A stretch of DNA of 64,000 bases from an uncultured Clostridia bacterium (GTDB lineage: Bacteria > Bacillota > Clostridia > TANB77 > CAG-508): assembly GCA_934167445.1 (NCBI GenBank), contig CAKPKJ010000002.1, positions 136,023-200,022 of the forward strand, written 5' to 3'. This document shows positions 10,843-23,372 of the stretch, one piece after another (within the stretch, counting starts at the first letter, position 1; each line of letters begins with the position of its first letter). The notes under the pieces were generated by a model, which was not told the DNA's origin, ran no database searches, and was given only the letters and a program-made list of their open reading frames with translations. The translations under genes were made by a program, and so were the position numbers.

Positions 10843-11396
10843 TGAAAGCAACTGGAGTTGTAAGAAGAATAGATGATTTAGGCAGAGTTGTTATACCAAA
10901 AGAAATAAGAAAGACACTTAGAATAAAGGAAGGAGAACCGCTGGAAATATTTACAGACAGAGAAGGCCAAATAATTTTGAAAAAGTATTCTCCAATAGGG
11001 GAATTATCAGAATTTGCATCAGGATATGCGGAAACATTATCAAAAACAACAGGACATATGGCCTGCATAACAGATAAAGACACAATTATTGCTGTATCAG
11101 GAGGTTCTAAAAAAGAATATTTGGAACAAGATATAAGCAAAGAATTAGAAAAACTAATGGAAGACAAAGAAATATATACAAGTAATAATAATAGTAATAC
11201 AGCAATGCCAATAATACGAAATGACAACCAAGAAAAAAAGAATAATGCCCAAATTGTATATCCTATAATATCAAATGGAGATACAATAGGAACTGTAATA
11301 TTAATGTCAAAAGAACCAAATAAAAAGATGACTGAAGTGGAACAAAAAGTAGCACAATCTGCGGCAACCTTTTTAGGCAGTCAAATGGATATATAA
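10843..11396 (+). CDS. spoVT: stage V sporulation protein T (AbrB-N + GAF)
   Basis: MKATGVVRRIDDLGRVVIPKEIRKTLRIKEGEPLEIF swapped-hairpin AbrB domain followed by GAF-like domain; GGGAGG RBS. Confidence 0.85.
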
Positions 11397-11633
11397 AAAT
11401 AAGAACAAGTTAAAATGTCGAACTAAATGTTGGATTAATTAACTTGTTTTTTTATTTGTATAATAGTAAAAAAGAGGTTGCCGAAAAACTATTGCAAATG
11501 AAAATGTCAATTCCATAAATAAAAAGAGCACAGGTCTAACAGAAAAGAAAATAGAAAAACTAAAAATTTCTTGATTTTTTGCTTGTTTTGAAGTATAATT
11601 TTATAAGCAAAAAAAGAGAAAGGAAGACTTATA

Positions 11634-13385
11634 ATGAAAGCAATAGAAATAAGAAATAAATATTTAAACTTTTTTAAAAATCATGGACATACAGTAATTC
11701 CATCTGCACCACTAATACCAGAAAATGACCCATCAGTATTATTTACAACAGCAGGAATGCAACCATTAGTGCCATATTTATTGGGACAACCACATCCAGA
11801 GGGAAAAAGACTAACCGATTTTCAAAAATGTGTTAGAACAAATGACATAGACGAAGTAGGAGATAACCGTCACCTAACATATTTTGAAATGCTTGGAAAT
11901 TGGTCATTAGGAGATTATTTTAAAGAAGAATCAATAGCTATGAGCTTTGAGTTTTTAACAAAAGAACTAGGAATTCCAGTAGAAAAATTATCAGTAACAG
12001 TTTTTGCTGGAGATGAAGATTGTCCAAGAGACGAAGTTGCAGCAAATGCTTGGAAAAAAGCAGGAATATTAGATGGTCACATTTATTATTATGGAAAAGA
12101 TGACAACTGGTGGATAGCCGGAGAAGAAGGACCATGTGGACCAGATACAGAAATGTTTTATGATACAGGAAAACCTGCATGTGGACCAGATTGCCAACCA
12201 TCTTGTGATTGTGGAAAATATGTTGAAATATGGAATAATGTATTTATGGAATATTTCAAAGATGAAAAAGGAATTTACACAAAATTAAAACAAAGAAATG
12301 TTGATACAGGATTAGGCCTTGAAAGAATGACTATGCTATTACAAGGAAAAGAAACACCATTTGATACAGAATTATTCAAACCTGTAATGGATAAATTGCA
12401 AGAACTACAAAAAGTTGATAACATAGAAAGTAGAAGGATTATATCAGAACATTTGCGTTCAAGTATGATGATAATTGCTGATGGCGGGAGACCAAGTAAC
12501 TTAGATAGAGGATATGTCTTAAGAAGATTAATAAGAAGAATGATAAGACATATGAACAAATTACAAATCGACCTAAATGAGTTAACAACATTAATTGATG
12601 TTTATGTAGAAAATTTAAATGAAATGTATCCAGAATTAGCCAAAAATGAAAAAACAATAAAAGCAGTAATAATAGAGGAAAAAGACAAATTTGTAAAAAC
12701 ATTAAATAAAGGTGAAAAAGAATTTGAAAAAGTAATAAATAAAATGCAAGACAAAAAAACGATTCCAGGTGATGTAGTATTTAAATTATATGATACATAT
12801 GGATTTCCTCCAGAAGTAACAAAAGAGCTTGCAAGTGAAAATGGATATGAAATTGATATAAAACAATTTAATGAATTATTTAAAAAACATCAAGAAAAAT
12901 CAAGAGCAGGGTCAGAACAAAAATTTAAAGGTGGACTAGCAGAGCAAAACGAAGTAACAACAGCATATCATACAGCTACACACTTATTAAATGCCGCAAT
13001 TAAAAAAGTATTAGGAACAGATGCACATCAAAGAGGTTCCAACATAACTGTAGATAGAATGAGATTTGACTTTAACTGTGATCACAAATTGACAGACGAA
13101 GAGAAGAAAAAAATAGAAGATTTAGTAAATGAATGGATACAAGAAGGATTACCTGTAACAAAGCAAGAAATGAAAAAGGAAGATGCAATAAAATCAGGTG
13201 CAGAATGTATGTTTATTGAGAAATATCCTGATATAGTAACTGTATATACAATAGGAAATGTGTCTAAAGAATTATGTGGAGGACCACATGTAGAAAATAC
13301 AAGTGAATTAGGAACATTTAAAATCAAGAAAGAAGAATCAAGTTCTTCAGGAGTTAGGAGAATAAAAGCTGTTTTAATTAAATAA
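11634..13385 (+). CDS. alaS: alanine--tRNA ligase, compact form lacking C-Ala domain
   Basis: Class II AlaRS motifs FEMLGNWSLGDYFK, WNNVFMEY, editing-site HTATHLL and CGGPHVENTSELG; only 583 aa versus about 880 aa typical. Confidence 0.75.
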   Translation: MKAIEIRNKYLNFFKNHGHTVIPSAPLIPENDPSVLFTTAGMQPLVPYLLGQPHPEGKRLTDFQKCVRTNDIDEVGDNRHLTYFEMLGNWSLGDYFKEESIAMSFEFLTKELGIPVEKLSVTVFAGDEDCPRDEVAANAWKKAGILDGHIYYYGKDDNWWIAGEEGPCGPDTEMFYDTGKPACGPDCQPSCDCGKYVEIWNNVFMEYFKDEKGIYTKLKQRNVDTGLGLERMTMLLQGKETPFDTELFKPVMDKLQELQKVDNIESRRIISEHLRSSMMIIADGGRPSNLDRGYVLRRLIRRMIRHMNKLQIDLNELTTLIDVYVENLNEMYPELAKNEKTIKAVIIEEKDKFVKTLNKGEKEFEKVINKMQDKKTIPGDVVFKLYDTYGFPPEVTKELASENGYEIDIKQFNELFKKHQEKSRAGSEQKFKGGLAEQNEVTTAYHTATHLLNAAIKKVLGTDAHQRGSNITVDRMRFDFNCDHKLTDEEKKKIEDLVNEWIQEGLPVTKQEMKKEDAIKSGAECMFIEKYPDIVTVYTIGNVSKELCGGPHVENTSELGTFKIKKEESSSSGVRRIKAVLIK

Positions 13386-13472
13386 AAATGGGTTAATGGA
13401 CATTAGAAAAATAGTATATGATATTAATAAGCTTAGAATTCTAAAATTTTAAATTTATAAAAGAGGTAAATT

Positions 13473-13820
13473 ATGGAAGATTGTTTATTTTGTAAAATAA
13501 TAAAAGGTGATATACCTTCAACAAAGGTATATGAAGACGAATTTGTATATGCGTTTAAAGATATAAATCCAGAAGCACCAGTTCATATTTTGGTAGTACC
13601 TAAAAAGCATATTAAATCAATGAATGAAATAGAAGAAATAGATGAAAATTTAATTGGAAAAATATTTTTTGCAATAAAGAAAATTGCAAAAGAGCAAGGT
13701 ATTGCAGAACAGGGTTATAGAGTTATATCAAATTGTGGAAAAGATGCAGGACAAACAGTAATGCACCTACATTTCCATATACTTGGAGGAAGAAAATTAG
13801 GAGAAAAAATTTTAAAATAA
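13473..13820 (+). CDS. HIT family (histidine triad) protein
   Basis: HLHFHILGG histidine triad, 115 aa. Confidence 0.88.
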   Translation: MEDCLFCKIIKGDIPSTKVYEDEFVYAFKDINPEAPVHILVVPKKHIKSMNEIEEIDENLIGKIFFAIKKIAKEQGIAEQGYRVISNCGKDAGQTVMHLHFHILGGRKLGEKILK

Positions 13821-13926
13821 AAAAATCCTTTATCATTAGACATAAAAAAGTTTAATGATAAAGGGTTTATTTTTAATAGTACATATGTTATAATAGTAAT
13901 AGTTGATGTATACGGAGGTAAAGAAT

Positions 13927-14589
13927 ATGTTTGAGAGTAAATATAGCAAAGTATTAACAGTAATACTAGCAATAGTAATAATAGCAATAATTGGATTATT
14001 AGGATTTTTAGCTTTCCAATATTATCAAAATTATGTATTATCAAATGATGCGGCAAAAGAAGTAGATAATTTTAATGGTGAAGTAGGAGCTGAAGATAAT
14101 ACAAATACAACAAATACGACTAATGATACTAACCCATTTGATCAAATAACAAGTAATGATTCTTCTAGTACAAGTTCAGGAACAAAAAAAACATATAAGG
14201 GATTTGGAATGCTTGGAACAATGGAAATTCCAGCAACAAATTTTAAATATCCTGTATTAGAAAAGGTAACAAAAAAATCTATTGAAACAGCAGTAGCTTT
14301 TCAATGGGGAGCAGGACTAAATCAACCAGGAAATTCAGTTATTATAGGACATAACTATAGAAATGGAATGTTTTTCTCTAATAATAAAAAATTGAAAAAT
14401 GGAGATAAAATATACATAACAGACAACTCTGGAAAAAAATTGACATATACAATATATGATAAATTTGAAACATCAGACACTGATACATCGTTCTATCAAA
14501 GAGACACAGGTGGAAAAGCAGAAGTCACTTTGTCAACTTGTACAGACGATAGTAAAGCAAGATTGATTATCCTTGCAAAAGCTGAGTAG
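13927..14589 (+). CDS. sortase (membrane-anchored cysteine transpeptidase)
   Basis: N-terminal TM, catalytic His (IIGHNY), TLSTC active-site Cys motif, conserved Arg; GGAGG RBS before ATG 13927. Confidence 0.8.
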   Translation: MFESKYSKVLTVILAIVIIAIIGLLGFLAFQYYQNYVLSNDAAKEVDNFNGEVGAEDNTNTTNTTNDTNPFDQITSNDSSSTSSGTKKTYKGFGMLGTMEIPATNFKYPVLEKVTKKSIETAVAFQWGAGLNQPGNSVIIGHNYRNGMFFSNNKKLKNGDKIYITDNSGKKLTYTIYDKFETSDTDTSFYQRDTGGKAEVTLSTCTDDSKARLIILAKAE

Positions 14590-14730
14590 ATAAAAATATA
14601 ATATTAGAGTTTTAGTACATTCTCATATAAAGTATTATTTTTAAATAAATCAATAAAGGAATTTATAAAAATTCCTTTATTTTTTTGCCAAAATTGTATA
14701 TAATGAGACTAGTTAAAAATAGCGAATTAA

Positions 14731-16740
<2,010 letters not shown>

Positions 16741-16790
16741 AAGGTAGAAAAGTTAAAAATATTAAGTATAAAATGAAAAATGGAGGAAGT

Positions 16791-17033
16791 ATGGAAGATT
16801 ACACTTTTGAAAAAATGTGGGTAGATTTAAGAGATGGATATCAAATATATTACACATATGTTGGAAATAGATATTTATTATTTAAAACAGCAGAAAATTG
16901 TTACACACAAAAATTATTATCAGAATACAAAAGAAATCCACAACCACGAATGACAATGCTTACACTAAAAAGAGTGAAAGAAATGTTTCCATATATGGAA
17001 GATATAGAATATAAAGCAAGTTATGAATTATAG
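16791..17033 (+). CDS. hypothetical protein (80 aa)
   Basis: ORF with GGAGGAAG RBS; no recognisable motif. Confidence 0.4.
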   Translation: MEDYTFEKMWVDLRDGYQIYYTYVGNRYLLFKTAENCYTQKLLSEYKRNPQPRMTMLTLKRVKEMFPYMEDIEYKASYEL

Positions 17034-17173
17034 ATTGAAGATGTCTTTAGTAAAAAGTGGGAATATAACCAAAGATAAATGAAAATAGGAAATTAATTAA
17101 ATAATAAGCAAATATAAAATTATTAAAAATATTAAATAAGGAGAGTATGGCTATAACCATATAAGAAGAAAAA

Positions 17174-18037
17174 ATGGCGGTAATAATTGATGGAAAAGCT
17201 TTAGCAAAAAAAATTAGAGCAAATTTAAAAATAAAATGTGATGAATTAAAACAAGGAGGGATAGAACCCAAATTAGCAGTCATAATGGTCGGAGACAACC
17301 CAGCCTCAAAAGTGTATGTTAGAAATAAAAGCAAAGCATGTGAAGAAGTTGGCGTAAAATATGAAGAATATTTATTAAATGAAAACACAACACAAGAGGA
17401 ATTAATAAATTTAATTAAGAAACTAAATCAAGACAAAACTGTAAACGGAATTTTATTGCAAAGTCCGATTCCGGCACATTTGAACATTAATGAAGCCTTT
17501 AAAACAATAACATATATAAAAGATGTAGATGGGTTTACACCAGCTAGTATAGGAAAATTATGCATAGGTGAAGATACATTTGTTTCATGCACTCCAAATG
17601 GAGTAATGAAAATGTTTGAAGAATATAATATTGACTTAAGTGGTAAACATGTGGTAATATTGGGAAGAAGTAATATAGTTGGAAAACCACTAATTCAATG
17701 CTGTTTACAAAAAAATGCAACAGTTACAACTTGTCATTCTAGAACAAAAAACTTAAGTGATATGACTAGGCAAGCAGATATTATAATCTCTGCTATTGGC
17801 CAACCAGAATTTTTAAAAGCTGATATGGTAAAAAATGGCGTAATAATTATCGATGTCGGAATAAACAGAAATGACAAAGGAAAATTAGTGGGAGATGTTG
17901 ACTTTGAAAACGTTCAAAAAAAGGCAAGCTATATAACACCGGTTCCTGGAGGAGTAGGACCAATGACTATAGCAATGCTTATGAGTAATGTTATAAAAGC
18001 AACAGAGGAACAGAAAAAAGAAAAATCAAATTTATAA
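17174..18037 (+). CDS. folD: bifunctional methylenetetrahydrofolate dehydrogenase/cyclohydrolase
   Basis: MAVIIDGKALAKKIR..., VGDNPASKVYVRNK, GRSNIVGKP, PVPGGVGPMTIAML canonical FolD. Confidence 0.93.
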   Translation: MAVIIDGKALAKKIRANLKIKCDELKQGGIEPKLAVIMVGDNPASKVYVRNKSKACEEVGVKYEEYLLNENTTQEELINLIKKLNQDKTVNGILLQSPIPAHLNINEAFKTITYIKDVDGFTPASIGKLCIGEDTFVSCTPNGVMKMFEEYNIDLSGKHVVILGRSNIVGKPLIQCCLQKNATVTTCHSRTKNLSDMTRQADIIISAIGQPEFLKADMVKNGVIIIDVGINRNDKGKLVGDVDFENVQKKASYITPVPGGVGPMTIAMLMSNVIKATEEQKKEKSNL

Positions 18038-18149
18038 TAAAAATGGGGGCATTATTATTAATGCTCTTTTTATATTATAGTAAAGTTCTCCAATTAATAT
18101 ATAGAAAGAAGGAATAGATATAGAAAATATAGAAGAAAAAAGCTATTGG

Positions 18150-19010
18150 GTGTGGCTTAGCTTAATAAAAGGCCTGGGAAGCAGAAAAAAGTTAGAGTTA
18201 CTACAAGAATATGGTAATCCAAAAAAAATTTATAATCTAACAGAAAGTGAGTTATTAAAAGTTAGAGGCATTGGAAAAGAATTGGCAAAAAAAATACTGG
18301 ATAAAAATATAAAAGAACAAATATACAAACATATAAAATATATGCAAACATATAAAATAGATATAATTAGTATAAATGACAAAAAATATCCGCAAATTTT
18401 AAAACAAATATATGATCCACCGATAAGTTTATACATAAAAGGAAATGCAGAAATTTTAAATGGAAAAAACATAGCAATAGTTGGGTGTAGAAATTCAAGT
18501 AAATATGGAGAAGAAGCGGCAAAATATTTTGCATATAACTTATCCACAAAAGGGATAAATATTATTAGTGGGTTAGCAAGGGGAATAGATACTTATGCAC
18601 ACATTGGTAATTTAGGCGCAATGATGCATAATGGCAATGATATATGTGGAAAAACAATTGCGGTTGTAGGAAATGGAATTGATATAATATACCCTAAAGA
18701 AAACAAATACCTAGAGGAAAAAATCATAAAATCAGGAGGTTGCATAATATCAGAATATCCATTAGGAACAAAACCAGAAAAGTTTAATTTTCCAGCAAGA
18801 AATAGAATTATAAGTGGTTTATCAAAAGGAGTTTTGGTAATAGAAGCAAGAGTCAAAAGTGGAACATTAATTACTATAGATTTTGCATTACAACAAGGTA
18901 GAGATGTATATGTTGTGCCAGGGAATATAAACTCAGTTAATTCAGTAGGAACTAATGACTTAATAAAGCAAGGAGCAAAACTTGTTACAAGGGTAGAAGA
19001 AATTTTTTAA
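18150..19010 (+). CDS. dprA: DNA processing protein A (Smf family)
   Basis: YWxxL N-terminal SAM-like motif, Rossmann-like GLARGIDTYAH, VVPGNI; GTG start, 5' end uncertain. Confidence 0.82.
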   Translation: MWLSLIKGLGSRKKLELLQEYGNPKKIYNLTESELLKVRGIGKELAKKILDKNIKEQIYKHIKYMQTYKIDIISINDKKYPQILKQIYDPPISLYIKGNAEILNGKNIAIVGCRNSSKYGEEAAKYFAYNLSTKGINIISGLARGIDTYAHIGNLGAMMHNGNDICGKTIAVVGNGIDIIYPKENKYLEEKIIKSGGCIISEYPLGTKPEKFNFPARNRIISGLSKGVLVIEARVKSGTLITIDFALQQGRDVYVVPGNINSVNSVGTNDLIKQGAKLVTRVEEIF

Positions 19011-19017
19011 CAAAAAA

Positions 19018-19048
19018 GTGTTGACAATTAAAAATAAGTTTGTTATAC
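19018..19048 (+). promoter_or_regulatory. sigma-A type promoter for arg T-box leader
   Basis: TTGACA (19020-19025) - 17 nt - TATACT. Confidence 0.6.
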
Positions 19049-19049
19049 T

Positions 19050-19328
19050 GAGAAAGTAGATATTATTATGTAAATAAAAAAATCGATGATTAAGAGAGTA
19101 ATTTTGTAAAGAAGCAACAGCGAGTTAGGTAGAGTGAGAGCTAACATGTGAAATGCAAAATGAAAAGAACTTATGAGTGACTATGGGAAAAATATTAATC
19201 TAGTATCATAGTTCGCGGACTCGGCGTTATAGAGAAGAGTGATTTATATATAAATAAAAATATATAAATAATTAGAGTGGTACCACGTTTATATAGGCGT
19301 CTCTTTGTAGGAGACGTCTTTTTTTGTA
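19050..19328 (+). ncRNA. T-box riboswitch leader preceding argG-argH
   Basis: K-turn GA motif (GATGA...AGAGAG) at stem I base; T-box consensus AATTAGAGTGGTACCACG at 19270-19287 (consensus AAUUAGGGUGGNACCGCG); intrinsic terminator GCGTCTC-loop-GAGACGTC+T8 at 19297-19328. Confidence 0.75.
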
Positions 19329-19373
19329 TATAATTTCACAAATCATCGAAAATAAAAATATGGAGGGATAATT

Positions 19374-20597
19374 ATGAGTTATAAAAAAATAGTATTATCA
19401 TATTCAGGTGGATTAGATACATCTGTAATAATAACATGGTTAAAGGAAAACTATAACAACTGTGAAGTAATAGCAGTTACAGGAAATGTTGGACAAGGGG
19501 ATTATGAACTAGAAGGGCTTGAAGAAAAAGCTAAAAATACTGGAGCATCAAAATTATATGTATTAGATTTAAAAGAAGAAATGGTAAATGATTTTGTTGC
19601 TCCAACAATAAAAGCTGGAGCAACATATGAAGGAGAATACTTATTAGGAACACCATTTACAAGACCGTTGCTAGCTAAGAAATTAGTAGAAATTGCAAAA
19701 AAAGAAGGAGCAGATGCAATTTGCCATGGATGTACAGGAAAGGGAAATGATCAAGTAAGATTTGAATTAGCAATAAAATCATTTGATCCAGATATGCCTG
19801 TAATAGTGCCTTGGAGAGAATGGGATATAAAAAGTAGAGAAGACGCAATTAAATATGCAGAAGACCATAAAATTCCACTAAAAATAAATAGAGAGACAAA
19901 TTATTCAAAAGATAAAAATTTATGGCATTTATCACATGAAGGTTTAGATTTAGAAGATGTTGCAAATGTTCCAAATTATGATAAAATATTAGAAATGGGA
20001 GTTACTCCACAAAAAGCAAAAGATGAAGAAACTATAATAGAACTAGAATTTGAAAAAGGTTTACCAGTTGCATTAAATGGCGAAAAAATGAATTTAGTTG
20101 ACATTATAGAAAAATTAAATAAAATAGGTGGAGAAAATGGAATAGGAATTCTAGATATGGTAGAAAATAGACTAGTAGGAATGAAGTCAAGAGGAGTATA
20201 TGAAACACCAGGAGGAACAATTATATATAAAGCACATTCATTATTAGAAACAATATGCTTAGACAAAGAAACAATGCACTTTAAACAAGGAGTAGCTGCT
20301 AAGATGGGAGAAATCCTATATAATGCTCAATGGTATACACCATTAAGAGAAGCCATCCAAGCTTTTGTAGATAAAACACAAGAAACAGTAACAGGAAAAG
20401 TAGGATTAAAACTATATAAAGGAAATATAATTCCGAATGGATTAGAAAGCCCATATTCATTATATTCAGTAAAAACAGCATCATTTGATGAAGATGACGA
20501 ATACGATCAAAAAGATTCAGCAGGATTTATAAATTTATATGCTTTACCAACAAAAATAAGAGCAAAGATGGAAAAGAAAAATAATATTAATAAATAA
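19374..20597 (+). CDS. argG: argininosuccinate synthase
   Basis: [10 protein letters not shown]-loop, [17 protein letters not shown] canonical ArgG. Confidence 0.93.
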   Translation: MSYKKIVLSYSGGLDTSVIITWLKENYNNCEVIAVTGNVGQGDYELEGLEEKAKNTGASKLYVLDLKEEMVNDFVAPTIKAGATYEGEYLLGTPFTRPLLAKKLVEIAKKEGADAICHGCTGKGNDQVRFELAIKSFDPDMPVIVPWREWDIKSREDAIKYAEDHKIPLKINRETNYSKDKNLWHLSHEGLDLEDVANVPNYDKILEMGVTPQKAKDEETIIELEFEKGLPVALNGEKMNLVDIIEKLNKIGGENGIGILDMVENRLVGMKSRGVYETPGGTIIYKAHSLLETICLDKETMHFKQGVAAKMGEILYNAQWYTPLREAIQAFVDKTQETVTGKVGLKLYKGNIIPNGLESPYSLYSVKTASFDEDDEYDQKDSAGFINLYALPTKIRAKMEKKNNINK

Positions 20598-20616
20598 GGA
20601 AGAGAGGTAAAGAACA

Positions 20617-21987
20617 ATGGCAATGTGGGATGGAAGATTTGAAAAGAAAATTGACTCTAGAACAAACGATTTTAATTCTTCAATAAAATTTGACCATAAA
20701 ATGTACAAACATGACATAAAAGGAAGTATGGCACATGCAAAAATGCTTTCAAAACAAGGAATAATAGGAGAAGATGACAAAGAAAAAATACTTAAAGGTT
20801 TAGAAGAAATTCTAGAAGATATAGAAAGCGGAAATTTAAAACTTGATCCTAATGCAGAAGACATTCATATGTTTGTAGAAGCAGAATTAACTAAGAGAAT
20901 AGGTCAAAGTGGAAAAAAACTCCACACAGCAAGAAGCAGAAATGACCAAGTTGCATTAGACATAAAAATGTATTTAAAAGATGCAATCCTTGAGATCCAA
21001 AAAGAACTAAAAGAATTAATTGCAACATTTGTGGAAAAAGCAGAAGAAAACACAAAAACAATAATGCCAGGATATACACATTTACAAAGAGCTCAACCAG
21101 TAACATTTGGACATCACCTAATGGCATATGTAGAAATGTTTTTACGTGATGAAGAAAGATTAAGCCAAACATATAATAGAATGGATGTATCACCAATAGG
21201 AAGTTGTGCTTTAGCAGGAACGACATATAACCTAGACAGAGAATATGAAGCTAAAGAACTAGGCTTTGCAAGTGTTACAAATAACAGTTTAGATGGAGTA
21301 TCTGATAGAGATTATGTAATAGAATTATTATCAGACATATCAATGATAATGATGCATTTATCAAGAATAAGTGAAGAAATAGTTATGTGGTCATCTTGGG
21401 AATTTAAATTTGTAGAATTAGACGACGCATTTGCCACTGGTTCTTCAATAATGCCTCAAAAGAAAAACCCTGATATTACAGAATTAATCAGGGGAAAAAC
21501 AGGAAGAGTATATGGAGACTTAATGGCGATGTTAACTGTAATGAAAGGAACACCACTTGCATATAACAAAGATATGCAAGAAGACAAAGAAGCAATATTC
21601 GACGCTTTAGATACAGTTAATTTATGTATAACAACATTAAATCCATTAGTAAAAACAATGACTGTACTTAAAGATAATATGAAAAAGGCAGCAGCTAAAG
21701 GATTTATAAATGCAACAGATTGTGCTGATTATCTAGTAGAAAAAGGAATACCATTTAGAGATGCCTATAAAATTACAGGTAGCTTAGTAAAATATTGTAT
21801 AAAAAATGATACAACATTAGAAAATCTAAAGTTGGAAGAGTTTAAAGAATACAGTGATAAATTTGAAGAAGACGTTTATGAAGCAATAGATTTAATCAAT
21901 TGCGTAAATAAGAGAAATGTTGTAGGAGGGCCTGCAGCAGAACAAGTTATGAAACAAATTGAAAGAGTAAAAAATATTATAAAATAA
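20617..21987 (+). CDS. argH: argininosuccinate lyase
   Basis: fumarate-lyase signature GSSIMPQKKNPD; 456 aa. Confidence 0.93.
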   Translation: MAMWDGRFEKKIDSRTNDFNSSIKFDHKMYKHDIKGSMAHAKMLSKQGIIGEDDKEKILKGLEEILEDIESGNLKLDPNAEDIHMFVEAELTKRIGQSGKKLHTARSRNDQVALDIKMYLKDAILEIQKELKELIATFVEKAEENTKTIMPGYTHLQRAQPVTFGHHLMAYVEMFLRDEERLSQTYNRMDVSPIGSCALAGTTYNLDREYEAKELGFASVTNNSLDGVSDRDYVIELLSDISMIMMHLSRISEEIVMWSSWEFKFVELDDAFATGSSIMPQKKNPDITELIRGKTGRVYGDLMAMLTVMKGTPLAYNKDMQEDKEAIFDALDTVNLCITTLNPLVKTMTVLKDNMKKAAAKGFINATDCADYLVEKGIPFRDAYKITGSLVKYCIKNDTTLENLKLEEFKEYSDKFEEDVYEAIDLINCVNKRNVVGGPAAEQVMKQIERVKNIIK

Positions 21988-22138
21988 TTAAACTATTTAC
22001 AATAGATAAGATACTTAAAAATCAATAAATATTACAAGTTATTAAAAAAATTTGGAAAATTGTGAAAAAATATAAAAAATTGCTTGACAATTAAAATAAA
22101 ATGATATATACTTTTACTTGTCTTGAGTAGAAGTATGT

Positions 22139-22215
22139 GCTCCCTTAGCTCAGTTGGTCAGAGCAACCGGCTCATAACCGGTGGGTCCAAGGTTCGAATC
22201 CTTGAGGGAGCACCA
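22139..22215 (+). tRNA. tRNA with CAU anticodon (elongator Met or lysidine-modified Ile2)
   Basis: cloverleaf: 7-bp acceptor GCTCCCT/AGGGAGC, anticodon loop CTCATAA, TTCGAAT T-loop, CCA end; anticodon arm GGCTCATAACC resembles Firmicute tRNA-Ile2. Confidence 0.85.
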
Positions 22216-22231
22216 TTTTAATTTAATATAT

Positions 22232-22317
22232 GGGTAGGTGGCCGAGTGGCTAAAGGCGGCAGACTGTAAATCTGTTCTCATTCGAGTACGAAGGTTCGAA
22301 TCCTTCCCTGCCCACCA
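22232..22317 (+). tRNA. tRNA-Tyr (GTA)
   Basis: class II tRNA with long variable arm, anticodon loop CTGTAAA, CCA end. Confidence 0.88.
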
Positions 22318-22467
22318 TAAAATACAAGAAATTGTATTTTATTTTTTACGGTAGTGACGAACAAAAATTCGGAAGATGGAAATAAAATTTCAAACCAATA
22401 AAGAAAAAGGAAATGCGGGATTAGCAATGGCAATAAAATAGCTATAAAAGAAGCGGAGTTGATTTCA

Positions 22468-23250
22468 ATGAATGAATTAGATAAAAATGAGAACTATAAT
22501 AATCAAAATTTTGAAGATATAAAACATATTGATGAAAACGGAATAGAATATTGGAATGCCAGAGAATTACAACTAGTTTTAAATTATAAAGAATGGAGAA
22601 AATTTGAAAATGTGATAAACAAAGCAAAAGAAGCTTGTAAGAATAGTGAGTTTAGTATAAATGAACATTTTGTCGACGTCGACAAGTTGTCGAAGCGTGC
22701 CAATAATGCAAAAGTATTAATAAAAGATTACAAATTAACACGTTATGCCTGTTATTTAATAGCACAAAACGGGGATGCAAGAAAAAAAGTTATTGCTCTT
22801 GCACAAACATATTTTGCAATCCAAACTAGAAAACAAGAAATTAGCGAAGAAGAATATACTTCATTAACAGAAGAGGAAAAGAGATTTTATCAAAGAAGCT
22901 TAACGAAGAAGGGAAATTATTCACTTAACAAAGCAGCTAAAAATGCGGGAGTTAAAAATTTTGATAAATTTCATAATGCAGGGTATAAAGGGCTATATAA
23001 TGGAGAAACAGCTGCTGATATAGCTACAAGAAAAGGATTAAGATATAGAGAAGATATTTTAGATAATATGGGAAGTGAAGAGTTGGCAGCTAATTTATTT
23101 CGAATTACACAAACAGAGTCAAGATTAAAAAGAGATAAAGTTGATACAGAGAAGAAAGCTTGCGACACTCATAATAAAATTGGGAAAATAGTTAGAGAAG
23201 CTATTAAACAAGCAGGGCGGAACTATGCCAGAGAAGTTACCTACACCTAA
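22468..23250 (+). CDS. dinD: DNA-damage-inducible protein D / BRO-N family
   Basis: N-terminal IDENGIEYWNARELQLVLNYKEWRKFENVINKAKEAC matches DinD family; RBS AAGCGGAG. Confidence 0.7.
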   Translation: MNELDKNENYNNQNFEDIKHIDENGIEYWNARELQLVLNYKEWRKFENVINKAKEACKNSEFSINEHFVDVDKLSKRANNAKVLIKDYKLTRYACYLIAQNGDARKKVIALAQTYFAIQTRKQEISEEEYTSLTEEEKRFYQRSLTKKGNYSLNKAAKNAGVKNFDKFHNAGYKGLYNGETAADIATRKGLRYREDILDNMGSEELAANLFRITQTESRLKRDKVDTEKKACDTHNKIGKIVREAIKQAGRNYAREVTYT

Positions 23251-23372
23251 TAAGAGTCTAAAACAACTAGAAAAAGAAAATAAAAAGAGCTTGAAAAGTA
23301 ATTAATAAATTGGCTACATATTGTAAAAATATATTCAAATAAAAATTGATAATAAAACAAGGCTGGTGAAAA

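Noticed and set aside
11397-11633. Possible T-box or ncRNA upstream of alaS-like gene
   Set aside because: Only a terminator for spoVT and an AT-rich promoter region are visible. No conserved T-box or other riboswitch core motifs were found.
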